A DNA stretch of 64,000 bases, taken from assembly GCA_964019425.1 (NCBI GenBank), contig OZ025796.1:1240001-1304000 (forward strand), read 5' to 3'. The notes below the pieces were generated by a model, which had not been told where the DNA came from, searched no databases, and worked only from the letters and a program-made list of their open reading frames with translations. This DNA comes from Flectonema sp. DT1601. Its lineage: Eukaryota. The position numbers were made by a program, and so were the translations under genes. Each line of letters opens with the position of its first letter. Position 1 is the stretch's first letter. Of the stretch, positions 1-11,992 are shown in pieces.

Positions 1-228
1 ATTATACTTCACCCCTCAGGAATTACCGAACAAGATCAAAAGGCTCAATTATATATTTTTTTTTTCAGACTTTTATCCTAAACCCTGTCACCATTTAGTA
101 ATGTAACGAGGGTTTGAAGAAAAAAAAAAAAGATGAATTATTATTTTCATTTTATTGCTTAAAGAGTGTTACCACTACCTCATCATAACAACAATTGTAT
201 TTCGAAGTAAAAAGAGACAACACAAAAA

Positions 229-1410
229 ATGACTGCAGTCATCATCTCAATTATTATGACGTGTGCGGTCAGTCCTCCAGAAGTACCTCCGCAGTTTACT
301 TCGAACGTCGAACAAATAACATCGTTCTCTAATGAAAAATGGATTTCTGGTTCTCTTGTATATGATCGATCTCATAGTAGACTTAAACTTTATTCATCAA
401 ACTTAATGGGAGTAGCACCAGTGCAGTGGGAAGGAACACCTTTAGCATGGTCGAATTGGACCCAATGGACTGTTTCTGATGGTACGTATTACAGTGGGGA
501 GGGTCAATATAGAAAGTTAATACCTGCTGATCAGTTTAATGACATGTTTTCATGGGTTGGTGGTTCTAGTTTTTCAGGTACGACAACCATTCGAAATATC
601 ACAACTGATGTTTGGTCACTATTCTCTTCAACAAGTAGACTTCAATACTATGTCACACCAGCTGGGATTCCAATTCGTTATGTTGCGAATGCGTCATTTC
701 CGTTTTTGCCTGGAACTCCACCAATATGGCAGAATACAACTATCGATTTCATGACGTACACGCCGGTAGCGAATCCTTCTGAATTTGCTGATTTTAATAA
801 AAGTAAAGCATTGCATCCAACGCGATGCCCTCCACCTCAAGATCTGACTCCGATAGTACTCGACATGTACATCTTTCATCCGAGTCGTTATTACAACATA
901 TCTGGTCAGGATACTGCTGATGCTGTTGGTGATGCTGCCTTTGTGTGCTTTGATTTTCTTAATAACAATACTAAAAATGATAATTATTCCGTTATATCAT
1001 TGTACAGTGTGGAAGTATACCCTCAATTCGGTCAATATAAACTCTGCAACCACTACAATCCTTCTGTTTGTATCGGTGATGAACCTATTCTTGTTGGGAG
1101 AGAAGGAGGTTTGTCATTCGGTGAGTTTGGAGGTCAGTGTACATCAAATAATCTGACTGGTAGTTGGTATTCTCTTCCTCCTGCTGGTTTATGTGTTAAT
1201 GACAGTAGGCCAACCTCTCCAGATGTATGCACCTGGAGGATAATTAAAAAAGTAAAAACGATTGACTCAAAATGTCTTACGCAACGAGGAATGCTTTCAG
1301 CTTGTTCTGAAGATGTCAGACTTCCGTATCCAAAAGCGACAAAAATTTTTGTAACCGCATTTAATGAAGATGATCCTTCTAAGGGAGGATGTCCTCCATA
1401 TTCTAACTGA
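229..1410 (+). CDS. Secreted Cys-rich protein, tandem copy 1 (393 aa); possible ependymin-related N-terminal domain plus uncharacterised Cys-rich C-terminal domain
   Basis: Intronless ORF with hydrophobic N-terminus MTAVIISIIMTCAVS, many N-x-S/T sequons and a Cys-rich C-half; paralogous to four downstream copies. Ependymin-like call rests only on recalled motifs (PPQF..G..YD..RL, DVW, YYVT..GIPIR). Confidence 0.85.
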   Translation: MTAVIISIIMTCAVSPPEVPPQFTSNVEQITSFSNEKWISGSLVYDRSHSRLKLYSSNLMGVAPVQWEGTPLAWSNWTQWTVSDGTYYSGEGQYRKLIPADQFNDMFSWVGGSSFSGTTTIRNITTDVWSLFSSTSRLQYYVTPAGIPIRYVANASFPFLPGTPPIWQNTTIDFMTYTPVANPSEFADFNKSKALHPTRCPPPQDLTPIVLDMYIFHPSRYYNISGQDTADAVGDAAFVCFDFLNNNTKNDNYSVISLYSVEVYPQFGQYKLCNHYNPSVCIGDEPILVGREGGLSFGEFGGQCTSNNLTGSWYSLPPAGLCVNDSRPTSPDVCTWRIIKKVKTIDSKCLTQRGMLSACSEDVRLPYPKATKIFVTAFNEDDPSKGGCPPYSN

Positions 1411-2677
1411 GGGAACTCTTTAACTTATTAACTTCTCTCTTTTCAGTTCTTTCTGTTGATCCTTTTTGACCAAACACTTAGACATGCGGTGTTGATGTGT
1501 AAGGTAGAATAGAGCTGATTGAAATCTCAATTTTTCCGTCACTGTCTTCCAAATGCTAGCGATAATTTGTATTCTTTTATCTTCGGTCCTCCAAAAGATT
1601 AATTCTGAAATCCTTCGAGGGTTCTTTGTGGTAAAACAATCCATCGTGTAGTTGTTATTGTTGATTTAATTTTTTTTTTTTTTTTTTGTCGTCTCTTTTC
1701 ATCATCTATTTTAGAAGAGACTAGAAAAAGTCATGTCTCCCCTTTCTTCCGTTACCTAGCCTGCTATGGAGGTATTTTTTTGTGTTTTAAACATTTTCAA
1801 TTGTTGGACTTGTAATCCTCTTATCCTGTTAGGGGATCGGGTTCGACATAAAGTCGGGCTTGCTAACTATAACTATAGTACTCCGATGGACATTAGGAAA
1901 TCAGTTTTTTATTGATAAATCTGTTATCTAACCTCCGATGTGGAGGTATTTTTGTATTTTAGTGGTACTTCAATCATAAGAACATATTCTTTTTGTAAAC
2001 ATTTACAGTTGTAAGGGATGTATTGGGGACTCACAGGTCGTTAACCATTCCACTCTGTTGCGTCTATCTAACTGGTACTCGGCAATATGTCGGGCTCGCT
2101 AACTATAACTGTAGAACTTCGATAGATATTAAGAAATCAGTTCTTTATTGATAAATTCAATTTAATAATAAACTGGAATGAAGTCCCTGCGTATTCAGAA
2201 CAAAAACGTGTTTTTTTTTTTTTTTTTTTTTTTCGATTTACGCTTTTTTTTTTATAGTAAACATCGTATTCTAACTCGTCTGGTGAAAAAAAAAAAAAAA
2301 AGCACTTCGCTGATATTTAAACAGGGGGACTGTTATATGTTAAAAGAAATAACCATGTTAACGTGGTCCCTTTCCTGAGAAGAGCAAACGCAATGACACC
2401 GCAGTGTTCTTTGATTCCTTTTAATTGCGCGATACCCATTTATCCTATCACTTGTTTGTTGACCCCAGATGTTAGGAGTGAATACTTTTCTTTTACTCAT
2501 CTCTAATTTTTATTCTCACTTTTCCATACTAAAATTAATAATACTAACTTGTCTGAAAAGTAAAAAAGATTCAACGGAATTGATTTTATGATGAACTGTA
2601 TCAAATATCTTCAAAAAAAAAAAAAAAAAAAAAATACTCACAATTATATTTCGAAGTAAAAAGAGACAACACAAAAA

Positions 2678-3868
2678 ATGACTGCAGTCATCATCTCAAT
2701 TATTATGACGTGTGCGGTCAGTCCTCCAGAAGTACCTCCGCAGTTTACTTCGAACATCGAACAGATGGCAGGTAACACTTTTGGAAAATGGAGTACTGGT
2801 TCTCTTGTATATGATCGATCTCAAAGTAGACTTAAACTTTATTCATCAAACTTAATGGGAGTAGCACCAGTGCAGTGGGAAGGAACACCTTTAGCATGGT
2901 CGAATTTGACCCAATGGACTGTTTCTGATGGTACGTATTACTGTGCGGGGGGTCAATGTAGAAAGTTAATACCTGCTGATCAGTTTAATGACATGTTTTC
3001 ATGGGTTGGTGGTTCTAGTTTTTCAGGTACGACAACCATTCGAAATATCACAACTGATGTTTGGTCACTATTCTCTTCAACAAGTAGACTTCAATACTAT
3101 GTCACACCAGCTGGGATTCCAATTCGTTATGTTGCGAATGTGTCATCTGCTGAAAACCCGTCAGTGTGGCAGAGTACGATTATGGATTTCATGACGTACA
3201 CGCCGGTAGCGAATCCTTCTGAATTTGCTGATTTTAATAAAAGTGAAGTATTGCATCCAACGCGATGCCCTCCACCTCAAGATCTGACTCCGATAGTACT
3301 CGACATGTACATCATTCATCCGAGTCTTCATTACAACATATCTGGTCAGGATACTGCTGATGCTGTTGGTGATGCTGCCTTTGTGTGTTTTGACACTCTT
3401 TCTAACACTACGAGTGATAATACTTCGGTTGTATCATTGTACAGTGTGGAAGTATACCCTCAATTCGGTCAATTTAAGCAATGCTTTTCCTACAATCCTT
3501 CTGTTTGTATCGGTGATGAACCTATTCTTGTTGGGAGAACGGGAAGTTGGGGGTTCGGTGAGTTTGGAGGTCAGTGTACATCAAATAATCTGACTGGTAG
3601 TTGGTATTCTCTTCCTCCTGCTGGTTTATGTGTTAATGACAGTAGGCCAACCTCTCCAGATGTATGCACCTGGAGGATAATTAAAAAAGTAAAAACGATT
3701 GACTCAAAATGTCTTACGCAACGAGGAATGCTTTCAGCTTGTTCTGAAGATGTCAGACTTCCGTATCCAAAAGCGACAAAAATTTTCGAAACCGCATTTA
3801 ATGAAGATGATCCTTCTAAGGGAGGATGTCCTCCATATTCTAACTGGGGGAACTCTTTAACTTATTAA
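2678..3868 (+). CDS. Secreted Cys-rich protein, tandem copy 2 (396 aa)
   Basis: Near-identical to copies 3/4; TGG replaces the TGA stop of copies 1/5, adding WGNSLTY. Confidence 0.85.
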   Translation: MTAVIISIIMTCAVSPPEVPPQFTSNIEQMAGNTFGKWSTGSLVYDRSQSRLKLYSSNLMGVAPVQWEGTPLAWSNLTQWTVSDGTYYCAGGQCRKLIPADQFNDMFSWVGGSSFSGTTTIRNITTDVWSLFSSTSRLQYYVTPAGIPIRYVANVSSAENPSVWQSTIMDFMTYTPVANPSEFADFNKSEVLHPTRCPPPQDLTPIVLDMYIIHPSLHYNISGQDTADAVGDAAFVCFDTLSNTTSDNTSVVSLYSVEVYPQFGQFKQCFSYNPSVCIGDEPILVGRTGSWGFGEFGGQCTSNNLTGSWYSLPPAGLCVNDSRPTSPDVCTWRIIKKVKTIDSKCLTQRGMLSACSEDVRLPYPKATKIFETAFNEDDPSKGGCPPYSNWGNSLTY

Positions 3869-3956
3869 CTTCTCTCTTTTCAGTTCTTTCTGTTACGATT
3901 CAAATTTCGATGTTCTCGTTATCGTCTTCTGATTTCCGAACGTGGACGTTATTATC

Positions 3957-3992
<36 letters not shown>

Positions 3993-4329
3993 ATTTAACA
4001 AGTATTGTAAGATCGAAAAAGAATGTTGGCAGCACACGTAAACCTCCTTTAGCTTTATCAGTTTAAAGTCGGTTCACGGGTTTCGTGCACAAACAAAACA
4101 TCACAGTGTTATATTACTATTTTCTGTATAGTCTAAGATAAAGCCAATTCTTTTTTTTCCCATCTCGAAGACATGTTTCACGTGTTTTATTGTTTCCGAT
4201 TGCGCAAAAATCAAAAATCAAAAAGAATTATTTTTAGTGGTACTGATCCTTGTCATGTTAGACTCCCTAGCTTTTTTTTATTTTTATTTTTTTTATTGTT
4301 TTTACTAGTTTTCATTATCGTATCATTCG

Positions 4330-5165
4330 TAGTAAATAATCGAATAACTGACAACGGTTTAGAGATTACTCAACTCAGACCCGCGATCCCCAGACACGGC
4401 ACGACTTCAGATCTAATTCTACAATCCCCACATCTGTCAATACGATCTGAGACCTTATGTCAGTCCGTACTCCTATACTCAGCTCTTGCGAATGGGAAAG
4501 ATTCTCCTCCAGACCGGAAATGGCTTTACAGAAGATTTTCTATATCGAACACTGGAAGAATTTTTGAGACTCAGAAATGAGTCTGTAAATAGAGAACTTA
4601 CGGAGTTTCTAACCATTGGCACACGGTTTGACCCTGGCAGAGATTCCCTAGACTGTATCTTCCATCAACTATAACTGGGGTCCATTTCAAAGAGCAACCT
4701 TTCCCCTAACAGTGAACGAAAGGCGTCGACTCGTTCAGAGAAAGCGCTCACGATGACTACAACCAAGCCTCTCCGTCGCGTGGGGCAAGCGAGATATCTG
4801 GCTGTGTTGATCGACGACCGTCTCTCCTTTATTCCACAATTGAACAAAATGGAAAGCATCCTAAAGCGTGGAATTGGTCTTCTAAAGATGATCTCATCCT
4901 TCAGGATTAAGAACTCTGAGACAACTGGTGAATGGGTTGTTCCCAATCGGTATCGACGACAGCTATCAGTCGAGTTAGATATTCTACCGTTTCAGCAACA
5001 ACTAACAAAGTCCCTAGCACTTGTCTATAAACGTTTCCAGCGATACAACGAAACTATGTATTCCACTGTGTGTTATGAAACAGCAGAAAAATGTGTTTTT
5101 ATAGTTTTTCTTTTTTATAATAAAACTCATATTCAAACCAACTAACATCTTAAGGTTCCAACCAG
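4330..5165 (+). mobile_element. Decayed non-LTR retrotransposon (LINE) reverse-transcriptase fragment
   Basis: ORF 4753-5145 has RYLAVLIDDRLSFIPQL, resembling the LINE RT 'KYLGV.LD..L.F..H' motif; upstream MGKILLQTGNGFTEDFL loosely resembles RT block 2. No YADD, frames broken, boundaries approximate. Confidence 0.55.
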
Positions 5166-5278
5166 AACTTATTTTATCCTATCACTTGTTTGTTGACCCC
5201 CGGATGTTAGGAGTGAATGCCTTTCTTTTACTTATCTCTAATTTTTATTCTCACTTTTCCATACTAAAATTAATAATA

Positions 5279-5686
5279 GTTCGATAACTCTCCTTTAGTT
5301 ATATACAACATTATCAAAAAAATAAAATAAAGAAAAATTCTATCCCTACGGAATCTAAACGCCCCGCCCTTAGAGTCTTTGATTTTATATATTTTATTTT
5401 CTTTTTAATTTTATTTATTCATTTATTTGTTTTCTTTTCTCTTTAGTTATCCTCATATCACTTCCTGACAACAATCGGACAAGGTGGAAAGCTGACAATA
5501 GGCATACTGTGTTCATTATGCCCCGTCAGCCGAAACTATAATAAAACAATCCTAATAAGATTGGGTCTAATTACGTTGCTGTTGCCTCGTAGCTCTAGGG
5601 AGTTAACCCGATGCTCCCTAGTTTGCTGTATCAGCGATGCACAGTACGCAATGTATTGGACTTCCTTATCTATCTATCTATCAATC
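5279..5686 (+). mobile_element. 408-bp SINE-like or 5'-truncated retroposon insertion with TAATA target-site duplication and (CTAT)n tail
   Basis: Absent from the homologous site upstream of copy 2 (single TAATA at 2539-2543); here TAATA flanks both sides (5274-5278, 5687-5691); 3' end has stem-loops then ttatctatctatctatcaatc. Confidence 0.7.
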
Positions 5687-5830
5687 TAATACTAACTTGT
5701 CTGAAAAGTAAAAAAGATTCAAATGTAATTGATTTTATGATGAACTGTATCAAATATCTTCAGAAAAAAAAAAAAAAAAAAAAAAAATACTCACAATTAT
5801 ATTTCGAAGTAAAAAGAGACAACACAAAAA

Positions 5831-7021
5831 ATGACTGCAGTCATCATCTCAATTATTATGACGTGTGCGGTCAGTCCTCCAGAAGTACCTCCGCAGTTTA
5901 CTTCGAACATCGAACAGATGGCAGGTAACACTTTTGGAAAATGGAGTACTGGTTCTCTTGTATATGATCGATCTCATAGTAGACTTAAACTTTATTCATC
6001 AAACTTAATGGGAGTAGCACCAGTGCAGTGGGAAGGAACACCTTTAGCATGGTCGAATTTGACCCAATGGACTGTTTCTGATGGTACGTATTACTGTGCG
6101 GGGGGTCAATGTAGAAAGTTAATACCTGCTGATCAGTTTAATGACATGTTTTCATGGGTTGGTGGTTCTAGTTTTTCAGGTACGACAACTATTCGAAATA
6201 TCACAACTGATGTTTGGTCACTATTCTCTTCAACAAGTAGACTTCAATACTATGTCACGCCAGCTGGGATTCCAATTCGTTATGTTGCGAATGTGTCATC
6301 TGCTGAAAACCCGTCAGTGTGGCAGAGTACGATTATGGATTTCATGACGTACACACCGGTAGCGAATCCTTCTGAATTTGCTGATTTTAATAAAAGTGAA
6401 GTATTGCATCCAACGCGATGCCCTCCACCTCAAGATCTGACTCCGATAGTAATCGACATGTACATCATTCATCCGAGTCTTCATTACAACATATCTGGTC
6501 AGGATACTGCTGATGCTGTTGGTGATGCTGCCTTTGTGTGTTTTGACACTCTTTCTAACACTACGAGTGATAATACTTCGGTTGTATCATTGTACAGTGT
6601 GGAAGTATACCCTCAATTCGGTCAATTTAAGCAATGCTTTTCCTACAATCCTTCTGTTTGTATCGGTGATGAACCTATTCTTGTTGGGAGAACGGGAAGT
6701 TGGGGGTTCGGTGAGTTTGGAGGTCAGTGTACATCAAATAATCTGACTGGTAGTTGGTATTCTCTTCCTCCTGCTGGTTTATGTGTTAATGACAGTAGGC
6801 CAACCTCTCCAGATGTATGCACCTGGAGGATAATTAAAAAAGTAAAAACGATTGACTCAAAATGTCTTACGCAACGAGGAATGCTTTCAGCTTGTTCTGA
6901 AGATGTCAGACTTCCGTATCCAAAAGCGACAAAAATTTTCGAAACCGCATTTAATGAAGATGATCCTTCTAAGGGAGGATGTCCTCCATATTCTAACTGG
7001 GGGAACTCTTTAACTTATTAA
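5831..7021 (+). CDS. Secreted Cys-rich protein, tandem copy 3 (396 aa)
   Basis: Starts 3153 bp after copy 2; differs from it by Q>H, L>I and a few silent changes. Confidence 0.85.
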   Translation: MTAVIISIIMTCAVSPPEVPPQFTSNIEQMAGNTFGKWSTGSLVYDRSHSRLKLYSSNLMGVAPVQWEGTPLAWSNLTQWTVSDGTYYCAGGQCRKLIPADQFNDMFSWVGGSSFSGTTTIRNITTDVWSLFSSTSRLQYYVTPAGIPIRYVANVSSAENPSVWQSTIMDFMTYTPVANPSEFADFNKSEVLHPTRCPPPQDLTPIVIDMYIIHPSLHYNISGQDTADAVGDAAFVCFDTLSNTTSDNTSVVSLYSVEVYPQFGQFKQCFSYNPSVCIGDEPILVGRTGSWGFGEFGGQCTSNNLTGSWYSLPPAGLCVNDSRPTSPDVCTWRIIKKVKTIDSKCLTQRGMLSACSEDVRLPYPKATKIFETAFNEDDPSKGGCPPYSNWGNSLTY

Positions 7022-7109
7022 CTTCTCTCTTTTCAGTTCTTTCTGTTACGATTCAAATTTCGATGTTCTCGTTATCGTCTTCTGATTTCCGAACGTGGAC
7101 GTTATTATC

Positions 7110-7145
<36 letters not shown>

Positions 7146-7482
7146 ATTTAACAAGTATTGTAAGATCGAAAAAGAATGTTGGCAGCACACGTAAACCTCC
7201 TTTAGCTTTATCAGTTTAAAGTCGGTTCACGGGTTTCGTGCACAAACAAAACATCACAGTGTTATATTACTATTTTCTGTATAGTCTAAGATAAAGCCAA
7301 TTCTTTTTTTTCCCATCTCGAAGACATGTTTCACGTGTTTTATTGTTTCCGATTGCGCAAAAATCAAAAATCAAAAAGAATTATTTTTAGTGGTACTGAT
7401 CCTTGTCATGTTAGACTCCCTAGCTTTTTTTTATTTTTATTTTTTTTATTGTTTTTACTAGTTTTCATTATCGTATCATTCG

Positions 7483-8318
7483 TAGTAAATAATCGAATAA
7501 CTGACAACGGTTTAGAGATTACTCAACTCAGACCCGCGATCCCCAGACACGGCACGACTTCAGATCTAATTCTACAATCCCCACATCTGTCAATACGATC
7601 TGAGACCTTATGTCAGTCCGTACTCCTATACTCAGCTCTTGCGAATGGGAAAGATTCTCCTCCAGACCGGAAATGGCTTTACAGAAGATTTTCTATATCG
7701 AACACTGGAAGAATTTTTGAGACTCAGAAATGAGTCTGTAAATAGAGAACTTACGGAGTTTCTAACCATTGGCACACGGTTTGACCCTGGCAGAGATTCC
7801 CTAGACTGTATCTTCCATCAACTATAACTGGGGTCCATTTCAAAGAGCAACCTTTCCCCTAACAGTGAACGAAAGGCGTCGACTCGTTCAGAGAAAGCGC
7901 TCACGATGACTACAACCAAGCCTCTCCGTCGCGTGGGGCAAGCGAGATATCTGGCTGTGTTGATCGACGACCGTCTCTCCTTTATTCCACAATTGAACAA
8001 AATGGAAAGCATCCTAAAGCGTGGAATTGGTCTTCTAAAGATGATCTCATCCTTCAGGATTAAGAACTCTGAGACAACTGGTGAATGGGTTGTTCCCAAT
8101 CGGTATCGACGACAGCTATCAGTCGAGTTAGATATTCTACCGTTTCAGCAACAACTAACAAAGTCCCTAGCACTTGTCTATAAACGTTTCCAGCGATACA
8201 ACGAAACTATGTATTCCACTGTGTGTTATGAAACAGCAGAAAAATGTGTTTTTATAGTTTTTCTTTTTTATAATAAAACTCATATTCAAACCAACTAACA
8301 TCTTAAGGTTCCAACCAG
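7483..8318 (+). mobile_element. Decayed LINE RT fragment (duplicated with the array)
   Basis: Copy of 4330-5165 shifted by 3153 bp. Confidence 0.55.
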
Positions 8319-8431
8319 AACTTATTTTATCCTATCACTTGTTTGTTGACCCCCGGATGTTAGGAGTGAATGCCTTTCTTTTACTTATCTCTAATTTTTA
8401 TTCTCACTTTTCCATACTAAAATTAATAATA

Positions 8432-8839
8432 GTTCGATAACTCTCCTTTAGTTATATACAACATTATCAAAAAAATAAAATAAAGAAAAATTCTATCCCT
8501 ACGGAATCTAAACGCCCCGCCCTTAGAGTCTTTGATTTTATATATTTTATTTTCTTTTTAATTTTATTTATTCATTTATTTGTTTTCTTTTCTCTTTAGT
8601 TATCCTCATATCACTTCCTGACAACAATCGGACAAGGTGGAAAGCTGACAATAGGCATACTGTGTTCATTATGCCCCGTCAGCCGAAACTATAATAAAAC
8701 AATCCTAATAAGATTGGGTCTAATTACGTTGCTGTTGCCTCGTAGCTCTAGGGAGTTAACCCGATGCTCCCTAGTTTGCTGTATCAGCGATGCACAGTAC
8801 GCAATGTATTGGACTTCCTTATCTATCTATCTATCAATC
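8432..8839 (+). mobile_element. 408-bp SINE-like insertion, copy 2
   Basis: Same element and flanks, duplicated with the array. Confidence 0.7.
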
Positions 8840-8983
8840 TAATACTAACTTGTCTGAAAAGTAAAAAAGATTCAAATGTAATTGATTTTATGATGAACTG
8901 TATCAAATATCTTCAGAAAAAAAAAAAAAAAAAAAAAAAATACTCACAATTATATTTCGAAGTAAAAAGAGACAACACAAAAA

Positions 8984-10174
8984 ATGACTGCAGTCATCAT
9001 CTCAATTATTATGACGTGTGCGGTCAGTCCTCCAGAAGTACCTCCGCAGTTTACTTCGAACATCGAACAGATGGCAGGTAACACTTTTGGAAAATGGAGT
9101 ACTGGTTCTCTTGTATATGATCGATCTCATAGTAGACTTAAACTTTATTCATCAAACTTAATGGGAGTAGCACCAGTGCAGTGGGAAGGAACACCTTTAG
9201 CATGGTCGAATTTGACCCAATGGACTGTTTCTGATGGTACGTATTACTGTGCGGGGGGTCAATGTAGAAAGTTAATACCTGCTGATCAGTTTAATGACAT
9301 GTTTTCATGGGTTGGTGGTTCTAGTTTTTCAGGTACGACAACTATTCGAAATATCACAACTGATGTTTGGTCACTATTCTCTTCAACAAGTAGACTTCAA
9401 TACTATGTCACGCCAGCTGGGATTCCAATTCGTTATGTTGCGAATGTGTCATCTGCTGAAAACCCGTCAGTGTGGCAGAGTACGATTATGGATTTCATGA
9501 CGTACACACCGGTAGCGAATCCTTCTGAATTTGCTGATTTTAATAAAAGTGAAGTATTGCATCCAACGCGATGCCCTCCACCTCAAGATCTGACTCCGAT
9601 AGTAATCGACATGTACATCATTCATCCGAGTCTTCATTACAACATATCTGGTCAGGATACTGCTGATGCTGTTGGTGATGCTGCCTTTGTGTGTTTTGAC
9701 ACTCTTTCTAACACTACGAGTGATAATACTTCGGTTGTATCATTGTACAGTGTGGAAGTATACCCTCAATTCGGTCAATTTAAGCAATGCTTTTCCTACA
9801 ATCCTTCTGTTTGTATCGGTGATGAACCTATTCTTGTTGGGAGAACGGGAAGTTGGGGGTTCGGTGAGTTTGGAGGTCAGTGTACATCAAATAATCTGAC
9901 TGGTAGTTGGTATTCTCTTCCTCCTGCTGGTTTATGTGTTAATGACAGTAGGCCAACCTCTCCAGATGTATGCACCTGGAGGATAATTAAAAAAGTAAAA
10001 ACGATTGACTCAAAATGTCTTACGCAACGAGGAATGCTTTCAGCTTGTTCTGAAGATGTCAGACTTCCGTATCCAAAAGCGACAAAAATTTTCGAAACCG
10101 CATTTAATGAAGATGATCCTTCTAAGGGAGGATGTCCTCCATATTCTAACTGGGGGAACTCTTTAACTTATTAA
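8984..10174 (+). CDS. Secreted Cys-rich protein, tandem copy 4 (396 aa)
   Basis: Protein identical to copy 3, 3153 bp downstream. Confidence 0.85.
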   Translation: MTAVIISIIMTCAVSPPEVPPQFTSNIEQMAGNTFGKWSTGSLVYDRSHSRLKLYSSNLMGVAPVQWEGTPLAWSNLTQWTVSDGTYYCAGGQCRKLIPADQFNDMFSWVGGSSFSGTTTIRNITTDVWSLFSSTSRLQYYVTPAGIPIRYVANVSSAENPSVWQSTIMDFMTYTPVANPSEFADFNKSEVLHPTRCPPPQDLTPIVIDMYIIHPSLHYNISGQDTADAVGDAAFVCFDTLSNTTSDNTSVVSLYSVEVYPQFGQFKQCFSYNPSVCIGDEPILVGRTGSWGFGEFGGQCTSNNLTGSWYSLPPAGLCVNDSRPTSPDVCTWRIIKKVKTIDSKCLTQRGMLSACSEDVRLPYPKATKIFETAFNEDDPSKGGCPPYSNWGNSLTY

Positions 10175-10262
10175 CTTCTCTCTTTTCAGTTCTTTCTGTT
10201 ACGATTCAAATTTCGATGTTCTCGTTATCGTCTTCTGATTTCCGAACGTGGACGTTATTATC

Positions 10263-10298
<36 letters not shown>

Positions 10299-10635
10299 AT
10301 TTAACAAGTATTGTAAGATCGAAAAAGAATGTTGGCAGCACACGTAAACCTCCTTTAGCTTTATCAGTTTAAAGTCGGTTCACGGGTTTCGTGCACAAAC
10401 AAAACATCACAGTGTTATATTACTATTTTCTGTATAGTCTAAGATAAAGCCAATTCTTTTTTTTCCCATCTCGAAGACATGTTTCACGTGTTTTATTGTT
10501 TCCGATTGCGCAAAAATCAAAAATCAAAAAGAATTATTTTTAGTGGTACTGATCCTTGTCATGTTAGACTCCCTAGCTTTTTTTTATTTTTATTTTTTTT
10601 ATTGTTTTTACTAGTTTTCATTATCGTATCATTCG

Positions 10636-11471
10636 TAGTAAATAATCGAATAACTGACAACGGTTTAGAGATTACTCAACTCAGACCCGCGATCCCCAGA
10701 CACGGCACGACTTCAGATCTAATTCTACAATCCCCACATCTGTCAATACGATCTGAGACCTTATGTCAGTCCGTACTCCTATACTCAGCTCTTGCGAATG
10801 GGAAAGATTCTCCTCCAGACCGGAAATGGCTTTACAGAAGATTTTCTATATCGAACACTGGAAGAATTTTTGAGACTCAGAAATGAGTCTGTAAATAGAG
10901 AACTTACGGAGTTTCTAACCATTGGCACACGGTTTGACCCTGGCAGAGATTCCCTAGACTGTATCTTCCATCAACTATAACTGGGGTCCATTTCAAAGAG
11001 CAACCTTTCCCCTAACAGTGAACGAAAGGCGTCGACTCGTTCAGAGAAAGCGCTCACGATGACTACAACCAAGCCTCTCCGTCGCGTGGGGCAAGCGAGA
11101 TATCTGGCTGTGTTGATCGACGACCGTCTCTCCTTTATTCCACAATTGAACAAAATGGAAAGCATCCTAAAGCGTGGAATTGGTCTTCTAAAGATGATCT
11201 CATCCTTCAGGATTAAGAACTCTGAGACAACTGGTGAATGGGTTGTTCCCAATCGGTATCGACGACAGCTATCAGTCGAGTTAGATATTCTACCGTTTCA
11301 GCAACAACTAACAAAGTCCCTAGCACTTGTCTATAAACGTTTCCAGCGATACAACGAAACTATGTATTCCACTGTGTGTTATGAAACAGCAGAAAAATGT
11401 GTTTTTATAGTTTTTCTTTTTTATAATAAAACTCATATTCAAACCAACTAACATCTTAAGGTTCCAACCAG
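10636..11471 (+). mobile_element. Decayed LINE RT fragment (duplicated with the array)
   Basis: Copy of 4330-5165 shifted by 6306 bp. Confidence 0.55.
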
Positions 11472-11584
11472 AACTTATTTTATCCTATCACTTGTTTGTT
11501 GACCCCCGGATGTTAGGAGTGAATGCCTTTCTTTTACTTATCTCTAATTTTTATTCTCACTTTTCCATACTAAAATTAATAATA

Positions 11585-11992
11585 GTTCGATAACTCTCCT
11601 TTAGTTATATACAACATTATCAAAAAAATAAAATAAAGAAAAATTCTATCCCTACGGAATCTAAACGCCCCGCCCTTAGAGTCTTTGATTTTATATATTT
11701 TATTTTCTTTTTAATTTTATTTATTCATTTATTTGTTTTCTTTTCTCTTTAGTTATCCTCATATCACTTCCTGACAACAATCGGACAAGGTGGAAAGCTG
11801 ACAATAGGCATACTGTGTTCATTATGCCCCGTCAGCCGAAGCTATAATAAAACAATCCTAATAAGATTGGGTCTAATTACGTTGCTGTTGCCTCGTAGCT
11901 CTAGGGAGTTAACCCGATGCTCCCTAGTTTGCTGTATCAGCGATGCACAGTACGCAATGTATTGGACTTCCTTATCTATCTATCTATCAATC
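11585..11992 (+). mobile_element. 408-bp SINE-like insertion, copy 3
   Basis: Same element and flanks; one visible substitution (ccgaagct vs ccgaaact). Confidence 0.7.

Noticed and set aside
1408..3868. UGA-to-Trp recoding suggested by TGA/TGG at the same codon in paralogues
   Set aside because: Long ORFs (3292 and 3130 aa) and conserved enzymes have no in-frame TGA; a point change of the stop codon is simpler.
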